Source: Nemertoderma westbladi (lineage: Eukaryota > Animalia > Xenacoelomorpha). Taken from it: 64,000 bases of DNA. The notes beneath the pieces are model-generated. The model was given only the letters and a program-made list of their open reading frames with translations, was not told the origin of the DNA and searched no databases. The stretch spans positions 1 to 64,000 of the forward strand of contig JAUCBJ010006818.1 in the NCBI GenBank assembly GCA_032718475.1, in the 5' to 3' direction. Position numbers and translations under genes: made by a program. The stretch's first letter is position 1; each line of letters begins with the position of its first letter. Shown one piece after another: positions 62,101 through 64,000 of this stretch.

Positions 62101-64000
62101 TTGAATTACTTGACGGAGTTAGTCCAGGTCCAGTAACTACTAACCGAGTTGAATTACTTGACGGAGTTAGTCCAGGTCCAGTAACTACTAACCGTGTTGA
62201 ATACCTTGGTGGAGTTCGTCCAGGTCCAGTAACTACTAACCGAGTTGAATTCCTTGGAGTTAGTCCAGGTCCAGTAACTACTAACCGAGTTGAATTCCTT
62301 GGAGTTAGTCCAGGTCCAGTAACTACTAACCGAGTTGAATTCCTTGGAGTTAGTCCAGGTCCAGTAACTACTAACCGAGTTGAATTACTTGACGGAGTTA
62401 GTCCAGGTCCAGTAACTACTAACGTGTTGAATTCCTTGGAGTTAGTCCAGGTCCAGTAACTACTAACCGAGTTGAATTCCTTGGAGTTAGTCCAGGTCCA
62501 GTAACTACTAACCGAGTTGAATACCTTGGTGGAGTTCGTCCAGGTCCAGTAACTACTAACCGAGTTGAATTCCTTGGAGTTAGTCCAGGTCCAGTAACTA
62601 CTAACCGAGTTGAATTCCTTGATGGAGTTAGTCCAGGTCCAGTAACTACTAACGTGTTGAATTCCTTGGAGTTAGTCCAGGTCCAGTAACTACTAACCGA
62701 GTTGAATTCCTTGGAGTTAGTCCAGGTCCAGTAACTACTAACGTGTTGAATTCCTTGGAGTTAGTCCAGGTCCAGTAACTACTAACCGAGTTGAATTCCT
62801 TGGAGTTAGTCCAGGTCCAGTAACTACTAACCGTGTTGAATACCTTGGTGGAGTTCGTCCAGGTCCAGTAACTACTAACCGAGTTGAATTCCTTGGAGTT
62901 AGTCCAGGTCCAGTAACTACTAACCGAGTTGAATTCCTTGATGGAGTTAGTCCAGGTCCAGTAACTACTAACCGAGTTGAATTACTTGACGGAGTTAGTC
63001 CAGGTCCAGTAACTACTAACCGTGTTGAATACCTTGGTGGAGTTCGTCCAGGTCCAGTAACTACTAAACGGTTGAATTCCTTGATGGAGTTAGTCCAGGT
63101 CCAGTAACTACTAACCGAGTTGAATTCCTTGGAGTTAGTCCAGGTCCAGTAACTACTAACCGTGTTGAATACCTTGGTGGAGTTCGTCCAGGTCCAGTAA
63201 CTACTAACCGAGTTGAATTCCTTGGAGTTAGTCCAGGTCCAGTAACTACTAACCGAGTTGAATTCCTTGATGGAGTTCGTCCAGGTCCAGTAACTACTAA
63301 CCGAGTTGAATTCCTTGGAGTTAGTCCAGGTCCAGTAACTACTAACCGAGTTGAATTCCTTGATGGAGTTAGTCCAGGTCCAGTAACTACTAACCGAGTT
63401 GAATTACTTGACGGAGTTAGTCCAGGTCCAGTAACTACTAACGTGTTGAATTCCTTGGAGTTAGTCCAGGTCCAGTAACTACTAACCGTGTTGAATACCT
63501 TGGTGGAGTTCGTCCAGGTCCAGTAACTACTAACCGAGTTGAATTCCTTGGAGTTAGTCCAGGTCCAGTAACTACTAACCGAGTTGAATTCCTTGATGGA
63601 GTTAGTCCAGGTCCAGTAACTACTAACCGTGTTGAATACCTTGGTGGAGTTCGTCCAGGTCCAGTAACTACTAACCGAGTTGAATTCCTTGATGGAGTTA
63701 GTCCAGGTCCAGTAACTACTAACCGTGTTGAATACCTTGGTGGAGTTAGTCCAGGTCCAGTAACTACTAACCGAGTTGAATTCCTTGGAGTTAGTCCAGG
63801 TCCAGTAACTACTAACCGAGTTGAATTCCTTGATGGAGTTAGTCCAGGTCCAGTAACTACTAACCGTGTTGAATACCTTGGTGGAGTTAGTCCAGGTCCA
63901 GTAACTACTAACCGAGTTGAATTCCTTGATGGAGTTAGTCCAGGTCCAGTAACTACTAACCGTGTTGAATACCTTGGTGGAGTTCGTCCAGGTCCAGTAA
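20126..64000. repeat. Tandem satellite of interspersed 45-bp and 48-bp monomers, GGAGTTAGTCCAGGTCCAGTAACTACTAACCGWGTTGAATTCCTT(GAT); runs off the window end
   Basis: Head-to-tail, single orientation, about 43.9 kb, roughly 940 monomers by division. EcoRI site in most units. No foreign insertion seen. Confidence 0.99.

Noticed and set aside
20126-64000. CRISPR array
   Set aside because: No unique spacers, no cas genes, eukaryotic context.
20126-64000. Telomerase-type telomeric repeat (TTAG/GGTTAG motifs)
   Set aside because: The unit is 45/48 bp with TTAG-like motifs on both strands, no strong G-strand bias, and multi-kb HORs. A terminal location cannot be judged from this window.
20126-64000. 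Array of recursive splice sites (TACTAAC...TTCCTT...CAG|GT)
   Set aside because: Three AGs lie between the branch motif and CAG|GT, the pyrimidine tract is short, and GTCCAG is a poor donor.

Overview
AT-rich eukaryotic (probably invertebrate) DNA with no recognisable host gene. Bases 1-20,125 are a transposon-dense flank. Its centre is a four-level, probably five-level, nest: a poly(A)-tailed insertion with a 12-bp TSD contains a foldback/MULE-like non-autonomous DNA element with inverted 17-bp arrays; that contains an RTE-type LINE (+), interrupted by a second RTE-type LINE (-), interrupted in turn by an intact, very young BEL/Pao LTR retrotransposon (6934-13390; 498-bp LTRs, GCTTA TSD, single 1719-aa Gag-Pol ORF). 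The BEL element has an atypical 3'-truncated tRNA-Tyr-like PBS and a 5x30-bp repeat inserted in its RT domain. The flank also holds a tRNA-derived SINE, several MITEs and an old RTE relic. From 20,126 to the window end is an uninterrupted tandem satellite of about 44 kb made of interspersed 45- and 48-bp monomers (roughly 940 copies by division), with higher-order blocks, zoned variants, three open reading frames and a TAAC-TACTAAC motif in nearly every unit. The giant repeat ORFs are best read as by-products of the monomer, but the array is the most unusual object here. All comparisons were made by eye.
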